From assembly GCF_009834535.1 (NCBI RefSeq), contig NC_045696.1, forward strand, positions 105,526,001 to 105,590,000: 64,000 nucleotides of DNA, written 5' to 3'. The position numbers were made by a program, and so were the translations under genes. Shown here piece by piece: positions 12,280 to 23,833 of this stretch (its first letter is position 1; every line of letters starts with the position of its first letter). Below the pieces are notes generated by a model. The model saw only the letters and a program-made list of their open reading frames with translations, was not told the origin of the DNA and made no database searches. This DNA is from Camelus ferus. Taxonomy: Eukaryota.

Positions 12280-15160
12280 AGTGAAAAGTGTAAGGCATTC
12301 AAGCTCTAAAGTGCCAATATGTATAGATTGAAAACATTTTCACAGATGAACAACTCCACACATTTTATAAGAACACAGAAATGTCCAAGGATGAGGAGAA
12401 AGGGGTTGGAGTAGTCAAGGGAACAAAATGGAATAAATTAAAAAGAGGGGGACCCTGAATTGACAAATAACGGCACTAGCTCATGAAGTGAGCAGTTTGA
12501 TAAACTCATCTCTGAACCTGAGGTCTAGAAAAAGAGGAAAAAATATGTACACAAATAAAAACACTATATATGGCAGGGATATATACCAAAAGCATTAGAA
12601 CGGATGCCATTGCAGAGAGAGAAGGAATGGAAGTGTAATTAGTGATGAGAAGGGAAAATGATAAAATTAAACAAGAGATGTTATGCACATACCAACAGAT
12701 GAAGGAGTGTGAACTGAGAATGATAAACTCAGCTCTGCACTAGAAGTTCAAGGAAAAGGAGGAAATTAAGAAATAGTAAAAGACAATTTCCCAAAGTTGA
12801 AGATGCCAAAATTAAAAAGATAAACCAAGTACTAAGTTGGCTGAAAATGAGTATCAGTGAACTCAATGATAAATAATAAAGAGTCAATAATTCACACCTC
12901 ATAGTTTCACAAAGAATTCTTTTTATTCCTAGATATTCCCAGAGAGGAGAAAAATAAATAATACATAGAGGCACAAAAATCATATTAACAAGAGACTTCT
13001 TACAAGCAACACTAAAGGCAAGAAAGTAATAGAGAAATAACTAATGTTTTGAGAGTTAAAATAAATCAAATGACAGATTTTGGACCTAAAGTTCTATACC
13101 CAGCCAAACAATGTGAAAGCAGACTAAAGGTGCATTCAGACATTCAAAGATTCAGAAGGTGCTCCATCTATAAACTTCTCGTCAGAGGATGGAAGACTCC
13201 AGAGCAAAAGATCTAAGATGCTACTAACTCTATACATAAATGGAATATCTTTACATATTGACAATAAAAATTTATAGGCAACCACAGAATAAAAACGGAA
13301 CTAAGTAAACTTTATCTGCACAAAAAAGAATAGGAAAGAAAAACATACACAAAAAAGACAATAAGAAAATGAGATGTCAGGAATGCATTCAGAAATATAA
13401 ATACTTTAATAAATTAAAAAATTCTCTTCAAAGTCACAGATTAGGTTGAAAAAAAGTAGAAAAGTATCTAAGAAATGGAAGAATGATATTCCCATATTCC
13501 CCCCACATATCCTGCACCAAAAGAGGAAAATTTCAAAGCCAATAAACATGTTCAATTCTATGAAAATGCAAATTAAAACAACAAATAGTATTTTGTTTTG
13601 CATCTGACAGATGGGCAAATATTTTAAAGTATTTACAATATCAAGTATGGATGAGGAAGTGGAAAGAAGGGCGATCTTGTATGTTACCGGGAGTACAAGG
13701 TATCACTGGTACAGCCATTGGCAGAATCCACTAAGAGTACAAATGCACATGTTCCACAGCTCAGAGACTCCACTACCTGGTATACACCCGTGAGAAGACT
13801 TCCCATGTGTAATCAGAGATGCAGAATGAAATATTTAGTCGTGTACAAGGGTGTACCTGGCAGCATTGTCTGTAAGAGCAGAAAATGGGAAACTATATAA
13901 ATGTGCATCAATAACTAAATATGTAAATAAAAAGTCCACAAATAAATTCTAGAGAGGATGTGGAGAAAAAGGAACTCTCCTGCACTGTTGGTGGGAACGT
14001 AAATTGGTGCAGTCACTTTGGAAAATAGTATGGAGTTTCTTTAAAAAAAAAACTAAAAATAGAGTTGCCAAATGATACAGCAATCCCACTCCTGGGCATA
14101 TATCCAGAGAAAACTGGATTTGAAAAGATACATGCACCCCAATGTTCATAGCAGCTCTATTTAGAATAGTCAAGACACGGAAGCAATGTAAATGTCCATC
14201 AACAGATGAATGGATAAAGATGTGGTACACATATATACAATGGAATAATACTCGGCCATAAAAAAGGATGAAGTGCTGCCACTTACAGTAACCTGGATGG
14301 ACCTAGAGATTATCATAATAAGTGAAATAAGTCAGACAGAGAAAGATAAATACCATATGATATCACTTATATGTGGAATCTAAAATATGACAAAAATAAA
14401 CTTATTTATGAAACAGTAACAGACTCACAGACATAAAAAACAAACTTATGGTTACCAAAGGGCAGAGGGGATGGGGAAGGGATAAATTGTGAATCTGGGA
14501 TTAGCATATACAAACTACTATATATAAGATAGATAAACAACAAGGTCTTACTGTATAGCAAAGGGCTCTATCCTCAATATCCTATAATAAACCATAATGG
14601 AAAAGAGTATGAAAAAGAGTATGTATATACATGTATGACTTTGCTGTATACCAGAAACTAACACAATATTGTAAGTAAACTATACTTCAATAGAAAAATT
14701 TTCTTAAATAAGTATATATGTAAATAAAATGTGGTGTTTTATTATATGATTGTATTCTATATAGCAGTTAAAAGAATACATCTACATGCATCAACAAGGT
14801 GGATTAAAAAAAAAACACTGTGAGTTTAAAATGGAATGTGCAGAATGTTACATAAAGTATGACAACATTTACGTAGATTAAAAACTATAAAAATCTTATT
14901 GCATACTGTTCAGGAATGACCCGCATGTACATAAAAGCACAAGTAACAGATGAGAAGAACATCCACCAAATTCACAATAGTGGGGGCTTCAGGGAAGCCT
15001 GGGGGAGACAGGAGTGTGGTTAAAAGAACTTTAGCTCTTACTGTGATGTTTTACCTCTTAACAAGAAAGAAAAAGGAAGAAAATGTCAATGGTTATTAAT
15101 TCTCAGTCGTGTGAATACATGTGCTCTTCATATCTCTATATTCTTCTATTTAAAAAATTA
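12280..15160 (+). mobile_element. Old L1M/L1ME fragments (3'UTR, ORF1 C-terminus, ORF2 3' end), host to the insert at 13933
   Basis: ORF1-like AGTTCTATACCCAGCCAAAC ~13090; ORF2 3' remnants 13540-13930 continuing TGTGGTG at 14730. Confidence 0.65.
13933..14715 (+). mobile_element. 5'-truncated L1 with 14-bp TSD
   Basis: TSD ATATGTAAATAAAA at 13919-13932 and 14716-14729; ORF2 Cys-rich end plus full 3'UTR. Confidence 0.92.
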
Positions 15161-15169
15161 ATCTTCTTT

Positions 15170-15345
15170 GGGGGAGGATATAGCTCAGTGGTAAAGTGCA
15201 TACTTAGCATGCACGAGATCCTGGGTTCAATCACCACTACCTCCATTAAATAAATAAATAAACCTAATTACCTCCCCCCGCCACACTCACAAAATAAATA
15301 AATAAATAAAAATGGACTGAAAAATAAGTCTTTAAAAAAATAAAA
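15170..15345 (+). mobile_element. tRNA-Ala-derived SINE (camelid Vic-1-like), long form
   Basis: GGGGAGGATATAGCTCAGTGGTAAAG (A box), CTTAGCAT anticodon loop (AGC), GGTTCAATC (B box), then (AAAT)n, ACCTAATTACCTCCCC and an A-rich tail. Confidence 0.92.
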
Positions 15346-15480
15346 TTTAAAAAATTTAAAAAACCTTCTCAAGAGAAAAATACTGTAACTGTTTTTATTA
15401 AACTGATAGTAACATGATCTCAAACCCATCCTACTGAGAACAAAAAATTTTAAAAAGAAAGAAAAAAAAATATTCTATAT

Positions 15481-16077
15481 TTTCCAGAAGGAACCCTACT
15501 TCAGGGAGACACCTGCACCCCAATGTTCATAGCAGCATTATTTACAATAGCCAAAACATGGAAACAGCCTAAATGTCCATCAACAGGTGACTGGATAAAG
15601 AAGATGTGGTATATTTATATAATGGAATACTACTCAGCCATAAAAACCAACAACATAACGCCATTTGCAGCAACATGGGTGCTCCTGGAGAATGTCATTC
15701 TAAGTGAAGTAAGCCAGAAAGAGAAAGAAAAATACCATATGAGATCGCTCATATGTGGAATCTAAAAAAAAACAAACAAACAAAGCATAAATACAAAACA
15801 GAAATAGACTCACAGACATAGAATACAAACTTGTGGTTGCCAAGGGGGCGGGGGGTGGGAAGGGATAGACTGGGATTTCAAAATTGTAGAATAGCTAAAC
15901 AAGATTATACTGTATAGCACAGGGAAATATATACAAAATCTTTTGGTAGCTCACAGAGAAAAAAATGTGACAATGAATATATGTATGTTCATGTATAACT
16001 GAAAAATTGTGCTCTACACTGGAATTTGACACAACATTGTAAAATGATTATAAATCAATAAAAAATGTTAAAAAAAG
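15481..16077 (+). mobile_element. Young L1 3' end with uninterrupted ORF2-end reading frame
   Basis: ORF 15523-15765 [42 protein letters not shown]-rich 3'UTR tract; AATAAA and A tail. No clean TSD seen. Confidence 0.92.
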
Positions 16078-16079
16078 AG

Positions 16080-16500
16080 AAAAGTACATATAAGGCAAAA
16101 GATAAAGAGAACGGTAACAGTATTAATATCAGAAAGCATAGAATGCTTGACCAAAAAGAAAAAAAAAATTTAAAGGGGCAAAGAGGGATATTTTGTACTG
16201 ATAAACACCTAAAAGATGTATCATGAATCTCTACACACCTAACTCAAATATTAAAAATACATAAAGCAAAACCAGAAACCAAAGGGAGAAAGAGACAAAT
16301 CTATCATCAAAATGGGAGATTTTAACATTTCCATCTCAGAAATCAACAAATGACATGGAAAAAAAATAAGTTGGGGCAAAAATGAATAACACTCTTGCTC
16401 TAATAGTTATAAATAGAACTTAATAATCAACAAACTAACAATATCCACTTTCCCCAGACATACGTGAATAATTAGGGGGAATTAATCATTCTACAAAAAA
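16080..16500 (+). mobile_element. Old L1 ORF2 endonuclease-domain remnant
   Basis: GGTAACAGTATTAATATCAGAAAGCATAGA and GGCAAAGAGGGATATTTTGTACTGATAAA resemble the VAILISDKID and DKEGHYIMIK segments. Confidence 0.7.
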
Positions 16501-16689
16501 GTTTTTCAAAATTCCCCAAAGCGAAAATCATATGGATCCCATTCACTGGTTTGCTAGTTACCGGAAAAGCCATGTGAGGAAAAACAGAAGGTGGGAGAGG
16601 AGAGAAAAGAAGTAGGAAAGAAGAGTGGCACCATAATCTAATATAGGTTCCTAAGAATTTCAGAGAAGAGGGCTGACGCTGCCCACAAA

Positions 16690-16820
16690 TCCATTCTTCC
16701 TTCTGAGCAGCCCTGTCTGTGCACCAACTTGGAGCTGGGTTCTGGGCACACAAGTATAAACATGACACAGTTCCTGCCCTCCGGGAGCCCCACAGTCTAG
16801 AGTAGGAGGAGAAGGCAATG
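16690..16820 (-). mobile_element. L2 3' end
   Basis: ATCCATTCTTCC...ACACAGTTCCTGCCCTCCGGGAGCCCCACAGTCTAG. Confidence 0.65.
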
Positions 16821-16968
16821 CCCCACATGGTGTAGGTACCAAAGAAGTCGTCCGCCAATCCCTGGAACTGACAGCAGATAGAGCAACCCAGAGATTCTGT
16901 TTTTGTCCCCACACAAGAGCTCCAAAATGAATACCAGGAGCATGTCTGAACACTGCGTTCTCAGTTCT

Positions 16969-17192
16969 TATTTGAGATTTGCAAATGTTAGCCACTGTAT
17001 ATAAAAATAGATTTAAAAAATTTCTTCTGTATAGCACATGGAACTATAGTCAATATCTTGTAATAACCCTTAATGAAAAAGAATATGAAAATGAATATAT
17101 GTATGTATATACATGACTGGCACATTGTGCTATACACCAGAAACTGACATATTGTAACTGACTGTACTTCAATAAAAAATAAAAATTTTTAA
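16969..17192 (+). mobile_element. Short L1 3'UTR terminus
   Basis: Close match to 10616-10825 in this window (TTTGAGATTTGCAAATGTTAGCCACT...CTGACTGTACTTCA). Confidence 0.92.
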
Positions 17193-17487
17193 AGCGTAAA
17201 ACAAATTTTTTTTAAATCCAAATGCCTCTTGAAGAAAGGCAAAAAGTTCCTAAACTCTTGATGAAAAATAGGTTTTTTGAGGGAAGGGACAGCTGGAGGA
17301 AGAAGAGGAAGGAGGAGGAAGGAAATGCGGGCAGAGGAAAGAGGCCAGAAAGGACTGGGAGGGTGCTGAAAGCCTGAATCTGAAATGTCACATTTATCTG
17401 GGGCTGATCATGAAGGGCAAGCTAAAGACCATTCTGGAAAAACAGTTTCTGTGTATCTCTTTTGGAGGTGATAGTTCTATTCCTGGA

Positions 17488-17600
17488 GCAAAGAGGAAAA
17501 GAAAAAGAAAGAAAAAGGGAGAAGGCAGAAGGGAGGGAGAGAGACAGGAAAGAGAAGGGGTGGGGGAGGACAGAGGAGAAGAGAAAAGAGAAGAAACAGA
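17488..17600 (+). repeat. Polypurine (GA-rich) low-complexity tract
   Basis: About 110 bp that are almost all A/G; a second tract lies at ~17280-17345. Confidence 0.9.
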
Positions 17601-19289
17601 TTTATTGATACCTTGACAAGAAAGAAATGTAAAGATCTGGATTGGGCTCCATCCCACTCTACCTTCCCACTACATCTCTTCCCGTTAGGGATAATTTTCG
17701 GAGTAAATGTACCTGTAATTAGCTCATAGTTTTGGTTCTGCTCTAAATGTCTGAAATATTCCCTCATTACTTCTCGACTGGTTAAAGAATCCCAAACGCT
17801 CCAATGTGTTCTAAGATTCAGACACAATGGGAAGAGCATCGCTTCATGGAAAGGACACTGGGCAATTTCTGGACTTAAAGAAGGTAGCCCATTCCCTCAG
17901 TTCTGCCACATCTATTCCATATTGGAATTTGCTAACTCTCCATGAGGACCCATGACTTGGAACCGGTTCCTGGTGGGGATGGACACAAAGTAGGTATTCA
18001 TCCCTGTTTGTTGATAGAACAAGTGGAGGAAGGAATGAAGCACAGAGTCCAGAAACAACAGTCTCTGACGTGGCCTAATGACTTGGCTGCAGCCTAGTCT
18101 GTCTTTGGTTCCCAGGAAGTCTGTGACACTAAGACCTTTGCCCCTTCTGACCTCAGCCCAGCATCAGAGACACATCACTAGAGAGACCAAGGGGCCAGGC
18201 TGATCTTAGGATAGGAGATGGCATCAGGCTAGTAGGGTCACACCATCTATGGGAGGACTTCCCTTGAGGACAGATTCAGGCTCTATGTCTTGGTAAAGAA
18301 TTACCTTGGTCATTGAGATCCCAGAAGAAAGCAATGGGTGAAACTGGAGGAGATTCTAATGGAGTCATGGGTCTTTAAGTGTTTCTCCATGGTCACGTTT
18401 TTTTGATATGGAATCACATGCTTTGATAAGGAACAGCCCCAGGAGGCACTGGGGCAATGAACTCATCTTGCTCTCCAGCTGCCTTTTCAGAAGAACCTTT
18501 ATTTTCTTCCACCAAAGCAAGGTTATATACATTGAGCTAAAATATTTCTCTGCTGATGGAGCTAAATGCCCTGTCATAGACAAGATCCACCCATCTGATT
18601 TGAGGGAAGGTCAGTAAGGAGAGAATAGCTTAAATGGCAATAAAGCTATGGGAGAAAATGATTAAAGTCATACACATGTGCAGTTACAGACCAAAGTTTA
18701 AAAAGAAAAAAAAAAAACCCTCCCCTTGGAATGAAACCAAATGATCGCCTGGATCCTAAAGTGAAGCGATATTGTTCCAATTTTTCCTTTATCAGACAAA
18801 AGAAAAGGTCTTTCCACATAGCCTTTTGACATAGAGCTAATTTAAAGAAGATTTGGGAGTATGATGCAGGATCAGATGCCTTCGCAGAATTCCTCACTGT
18901 TTTCATTTGAAATCTCTCATTTATGCTCAAATTTCCAATTGGAAATTTAATGACTTTTTCTTTAAGGGAAGTTGGCAAGCTGCGTTGATTTAAATACAAA
19001 TCTCCCAAAGGTAAAGGATCAGACATCATTATAAAAATAGAAAATATTCCCATTGTCCTTTCGAGATGTTTCTCTTAAAAGACGTGAGGATGTTTCTGAA
19101 CAGCAGATGCGTTTTGGTAAAACAAAGTCGAAAAATATGTGAAAACTCTTGACATTGGAATTACTTCCTGAGCTGTGTCAAGTTATGTGGCTGCCAGGGG
19201 TAAGGGAGACCATTCTAGTTGTGGTCCTTCTATTCTATTTCTATAAACTCGTTGGAAAATGCCCCAGTAATAGAAACACATCATCTGCT

Positions 19290-19420
19290 ACCTGATGATT
19301 CACACTGCCACTCTGGGTAAGTCCTTTACCCACACAGCCTCAGTGTCCCCATCTGTGAAATGGGGAGTCTCCATTTAGGGGCTCTTCAAGCATGGACAAT
19401 ACTCTGAGTTTATGACATAC
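19290..19420 (+). mobile_element. MIR fragment
   Basis: GCCTCAGTGTCCCCATCTGTGAAATGGGGA core. Confidence 0.7.
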
Positions 19421-19458
19421 TAACAAATCAAATGAGATTTACATTCAACTGTTATGGA

Positions 19459-19552
19459 TTTTTTTAAATTTTGATTTAACAGAGATACTGGGGATCCAAC
19501 CCATGACCTCATGTATGCTAAGCATGCGCTCTACCACTGAGCTATACCCTCA
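19459..19552 (-). mobile_element. tRNA-Ala-derived SINE (Vic-1-like), short form
   Basis: Reverse complement of GGGTATAGCTCAGTGGTAGAGCGCATGCTTAGCATACATGAGGTCATGGGTTGGATCCCCAGTATCTC plus A-rich tail. Confidence 0.92.
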
Positions 19553-20446
19553 CTGTTCCACCCACCCCATAAGGATCTTTTTTTCTTTTTAACTAGCAAA
19601 ATATCATATTGTTGACTAAGTTCTCAAATCAGACATGGGACATCCCATGCAATCAAGTGACAATCAGTCTTCCACAAGCCACCCGAACTGCCTTAAAATG
19701 AACTGTTTCTCTGCCTCTGTTCCACCCAGCCTGAGATGAGCCCAAAGACCTGATTACGTTGAGGAATAAAGAAAGAGATACCCTTCTGTAGTAAGAATGC
19801 GCTAGGCATTGCTTTCTTATAGTAGCTCTGTACATGGCATGTCTTTTCTGCAAACACAAATGTAGGAAGCCTCTTACCCAGCCTTTCAACCCAAGGGCCA
19901 CCTGAACATTTAAACGCCATTGAAAGCCTGTGGGATCTGCGACAGGTCTTGCTCACCTGTGTGTGCTCAGCTCCTAAATAAGGGCCTGACAAAATGCAGA
20001 GTAACTGTATTGAACAAATGAAATATGTCTAAATGGCCAGTCTAGACCCTTGTGAGCAGAGGCCACCTCAACGTTTATACAGAAAAGCATCAGGACAGAT
20101 GTTAAGAAGGCAGGGAGGTGGCTAGGAGATTTGTCTTAGAGCTAAAGTTGCTCAGCAAAAGCATGGAATTGACATAAACTGTAATTTCTTTCTTTCTTTA
20201 TTCCTTAATTGATGTGTTTATCTACCGAGACTTTACCTCCAGGGTTGGGAGAGAGATGCTGATGAGAGTTCAGAAAGCCCTCCTCCCAAGCCTCCTCCTG
20301 ATGCCGCCCAGGACAATTTACGTCAAAACGTCTGAGGATTTTCTCGCAGGGCGTCCCATCCAGAGATGTCCTTTCTCCTCTGTGTGCACAGTTCCAGAAC
20401 ACACAGTCACTGAAGTCATGGGGGTGTCGTGTCCCGGGTGACTGTG

Positions 20447-20475
20447 TGCGCATGCGTGTCCCTAGCAGGGGGCCA
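20447..20475. promoter_or_regulatory. Adjacent NRF1-like and CTCF-like motifs
   Basis: TGCGCATGCG at 20447-20456; CTAGCAGGGGGCCA at 20462-20475 (CTCF core CCASYAGRKGGCRS). Motif match only. Confidence 0.4.
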
Positions 20476-21504
20476 GTGTGCAGTGTTTCTTTAGAGGGCA
20501 GGGTGGAGTTCTGGACAGAAGGAGAGCTGAGGAGGTGGGCAGGGTTGGGTTTTATCCTTGGGATTGGAGGCGAGGGGGTGGGAGGGTGGTACTAAAGACC
20601 CCTATGGCACTGACAAAATACTTAATCTCTCATCTGTAAAGGGAGACCTCTCCTTCCCTCCCAGGCTTGTACCCAGATCTGGCTGAAACGTGTACCCTGC
20701 CTCCCTCTCTTTGTCATACAAGCCGTTTTACACTGGCCTCTCCAGGCCCTCGTGGCAGGCTCTGTTCTCCCCTGCAAACACAAGGAACACATTTTCTTTG
20801 TCCTCCCAAAGCCATGAAGCAAGGCCATGCAAGTGACCCCTAACCTTACCCCAGAGTGGAGTCAAGGGTCATCACACTCACCCTGTACCCCCATCAAGAG
20901 AAACCCCGGCACCATGCACAGAAGCAGGGGAGAGTCACTCATGTGGGGTGGAGGAGTCTGGGGCAAATGTTAGAACAGAACAGACAGGACCTCAAATCGA
21001 TTTTGCCACTCAGACACCAAGGATCCTTGAGTCCTGACAAACCTGGCCTTTTCAGGCCCTGCCGATGATGACTGGGGTTGGGAGAGTCAGGTTAAATTTC
21101 CTGACCTGCTTGTCCCAGCCTGACTGGGGACCTTTCTCATTCAAACCGCAAGTTCCAGCAAGAGTCGTTGCTGTGTCCGTGAGGGTATATGTGTGCAAGC
21201 CCACGTGTGCAGACACACATATCTGCACACGGATATGACAAACATGACAACTTCTCAGGCCAAAGATAGTTTCAACCTGTTAACAAAAAGGTGGGGGGGG
21301 TGGACATGATTTGTGATTATTTGAAATGGAATCAAAAAATCTGCTTCAAAGATGAGAAACACCTTTGTGAAATATGAGCTTAAAAAAAACCCCTCAATTT
21401 TCAAGAAAATAATTCCCTGAAAAACTGACCAAACAAGAATATTGGAATCTATAAAACATGGCAATATACTGAAATGTTAGGTACATGACATGTTTAGAAT
21501 GTAC

Positions 21505-21562
21505 CCACATAATTAACCAATGTCAATCACACCATGTTTTTAATTACTTTTATTAAATACAA
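21505..21562 (-). terminator. Candidate polyadenylation site (minus strand)
   Basis: Minus strand reads TGTA-TTT-AATAAA (21554-21549), then 14 nt ending in CA, then GU/U-rich TGGTGTGATTG...TTATGTGGGT. Confidence 0.3.
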
Positions 21563-22544
21563 CAGTTAACACTGAGATCAGTAATCACATCATTCCTTTC
21601 TTGTGCTGTACTTTCACTTTGTGAGGCACTTTCTCATCAGGCATCCAGCAAACTTCTTTTGCAAGCACTTCAGAATGTTAGCAGATCAAATTAATATGGA
21701 TGTAAAATGGATGCAATATCCTTATAAACATTCACATGTAGGGTTTGAACTTGGAGCCCAGAATACTGCTACACCGACTCTGAAAAACCGCCGGGTTTGG
21801 ATTTTCCCCCAGCCTGTTCTCGTTTTCTGGTATCATGTGGCAGCGATGTGTTTTCCCAGAAAAGCCAATTAACTTTGGAGAAGACTCATCTTTATTTATT
21901 TATTTATTTTTACCTGGCCCATGAAAGATCATCAGTCCACCTAGATTTCAACATCTGTCGTGAGGAAGACTAAGAACAAAATCCTAATTTCTGGTGCGCT
22001 CTTGAGGTTGGAAAAGTATCAGCCAGCGAGCATTATTAGCTATCTTCAAGTTGACAAGAATGCAGGATTAAGTTTCTTTAAGGCAATTACACTTTTGATG
22101 ACCCCTCTGCATATAAAACATGTTAGCTAATGGGGGTGCAGAGGGGCAGGCTTAAGTGTTTGATCAGGAAATCCTGCGTGAGCATATTGGATGGAAATTT
22201 GATTAGTAGCCTTAGTGACAGGCGATCAGATCCTCCGGGTCTGCACAATCAGATCTGGCAGAACTCGTTTTCTTGCCTCTTTGAAGGAGGCAAACATTTG
22301 TACAGAATCAAGACAGTGCTGGGTCCTTGATTTTTTTTTTCCTGGGTCTTTTTCTTTAAGTTATTGCAGACGAAAGCCTGAAAAGTACCTTTTATTTTCT
22401 TTCAACAATATGTTTGCAGTTACCTTCATGTTGAAGAAGAAAATAAAAATAAGACTTTCCCTGACAAATTTGTGGGCAGAGGCAGCAGATGAAAAAGCGA
22501 CAGAGCCAGAAGGGACCTAAGAGAACAACCTCGGAAGAATAATG

Positions 22545-22740
22545 GCAGAGCCAACGCTCGCACAGCCCTCATCACACGTGAAGCATCGCTATCAGGCCGC
22601 CCACACGCTGATTCTCACAACAATTCTGTTTCACAGAGAAGGAAATTCACACGCCACAGTGAAGTGATCCAAGGTCACATGGCCAGGATTTGAGCCTGGG
22701 CAGCTGGGCTCCCAACCCGGGCTCTTGACCACTCCACACA
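22545..22740 (-). mobile_element. MIR fragment
   Basis: TCTCACAACAATTCTGTTTCACAGAGAAGGAAA...CCAAGGTCACATGGCCAGGATTTGAGCC. Confidence 0.7.
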
Positions 22741-22929
22741 ATCCACACGTCTGCCTCCCCAATGCTTTAAGTGGGAAAACTTGAGTTCCTTAGAGATGTG
22801 ACTTTCCCAAAGTGAATCAGCTGTAAAACTACAATCTTTTAAAATCCTCATCTGATGCTTCTCTCTGACGCTACAAAGTCTCTGCCTCTAAACTTCACCT
22901 TCCTCCATCAGCCTGGACAAAACGGAGTC

Positions 22930-23130
22930 TGGGCTAGGTGCTTGACATCCATCACATCATGCAAATTGTAAATGACCCTCAGAAATGGATGCTATTTCCA
23001 TTTCACAGATGAGACAAGTCGGGTCTCGGAGCAGTTAGGCGACCTGCCTGTGGTCACACAGCAAGACACAAAATAGGCATTTGATCTCACATCTGTCTGT
23101 CTCATTCCAGAGTCCATTCTTTTTCCACTT
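22930..23130 (-). mobile_element. MIR
   Basis: TTCCATTTCACAGATGAGA...GACCTGCCTGTGGTCACACAGC. Confidence 0.75.
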
Positions 23131-23390
23131 TCTCTCTCAGAAAAAAATAAGGCTGGGAGGAAAGAAGGAAATAAGAATCCCAGCAATATTTGGGGGTCAG
23201 ACAGGAAGGAAAGCAGTAAATGTGCACTGTGCAAATTTAATGCATTTGTTTAGCATGAGGAATAGGATTTCATATTAGGTGTGCTGTACTTAGTTAAACC
23301 AACAGCAGGTATTTTCCATGTGCCTGATCCCCAGTCAGCCTGGGGAGGCACGACATCATTAGCAAACAGTTGTGGCCAGATTCAGCCTTT

Positions 23391-23486
23391 TTTTTTTTTA
23401 ATTGAAATACAATCAATTACAATGTGTCAAATTTCTGGTGTACAGCATAATGTCCCAGTCATGCATATACATAGATATATATTTGT
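23391..23486 (-). mobile_element. 96-bp L1 3' terminus with perfect 13-bp TSD
   Basis: TSD AGATTCAGCCTTT at 23378-23390 and 23487-23499; poly(T) followed by the reverse complement of the L1 end seen at 10740-10820. Confidence 0.95.
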
Positions 23487-23740
23487 AGATTCAGCCTTTA
23501 AAAGATCCATTAAAAAAAAAAGTCTTGTGCATAGGCACACACGCGGGCACATTCACATAAACATCATACAGTCTATGTTTCACTCTTCTATTTTTTATAT
23601 GGACTCTAAACTCCCCAGATCCCCCTTCCAGTGTGAACCATAAAACTATGGATACATTTACACGGGAAGTGAAACAAAACAATCCTGAAATCTCTCAGTA
23701 GAAAAAGTGATCAAGGTAGGTTCTGGCATCAGATTGACCC

Positions 23741-23833
23741 TGAGTCACAGAAAAGTCAATTAATTGTGATGGCCATAATGGATCGATTATTCTGGGAAAT
23801 CTCCAACATGACTTCAGCCGGGCAGGCTGACAG
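23741..23833. promoter_or_regulatory. Candidate enhancer (dense TF motif block)
   Basis: TGAGTCA, CAATTAATTG, ATCGAT, TTCTGGGAA overlapping GGGAAATCTCC, and TGACAG within 93 bp of apparently non-repeat sequence. Confidence 0.45.

Noticed and set aside
15170..15245. tRNA-Ala gene (also 19480-19550, 43255-43330, 45685-45760)
   Set aside because: Acceptor stems are broken, A-rich tails are present and two copies have clear TSDs: these are SINEs, not tRNA genes.
18491..18609. Exon-like segment TTTTCAG...GAAG|GTCAGT
   Set aside because: Peptide unrecognised; splicing to the next candidate (20243) gives a stop within six codons.
20243..20335. Terminal-exon-like peptide GWERDADESSESPPPKPPPDAAQDNLRQNV*
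   Set aside because: Low-complexity look-alike with no identifiable protein or compatible upstream exon.
21620..21675. AAGTGC miRNA-seed-like words on the minus strand
   Set aside because: No pre-miRNA hairpin visible around them.
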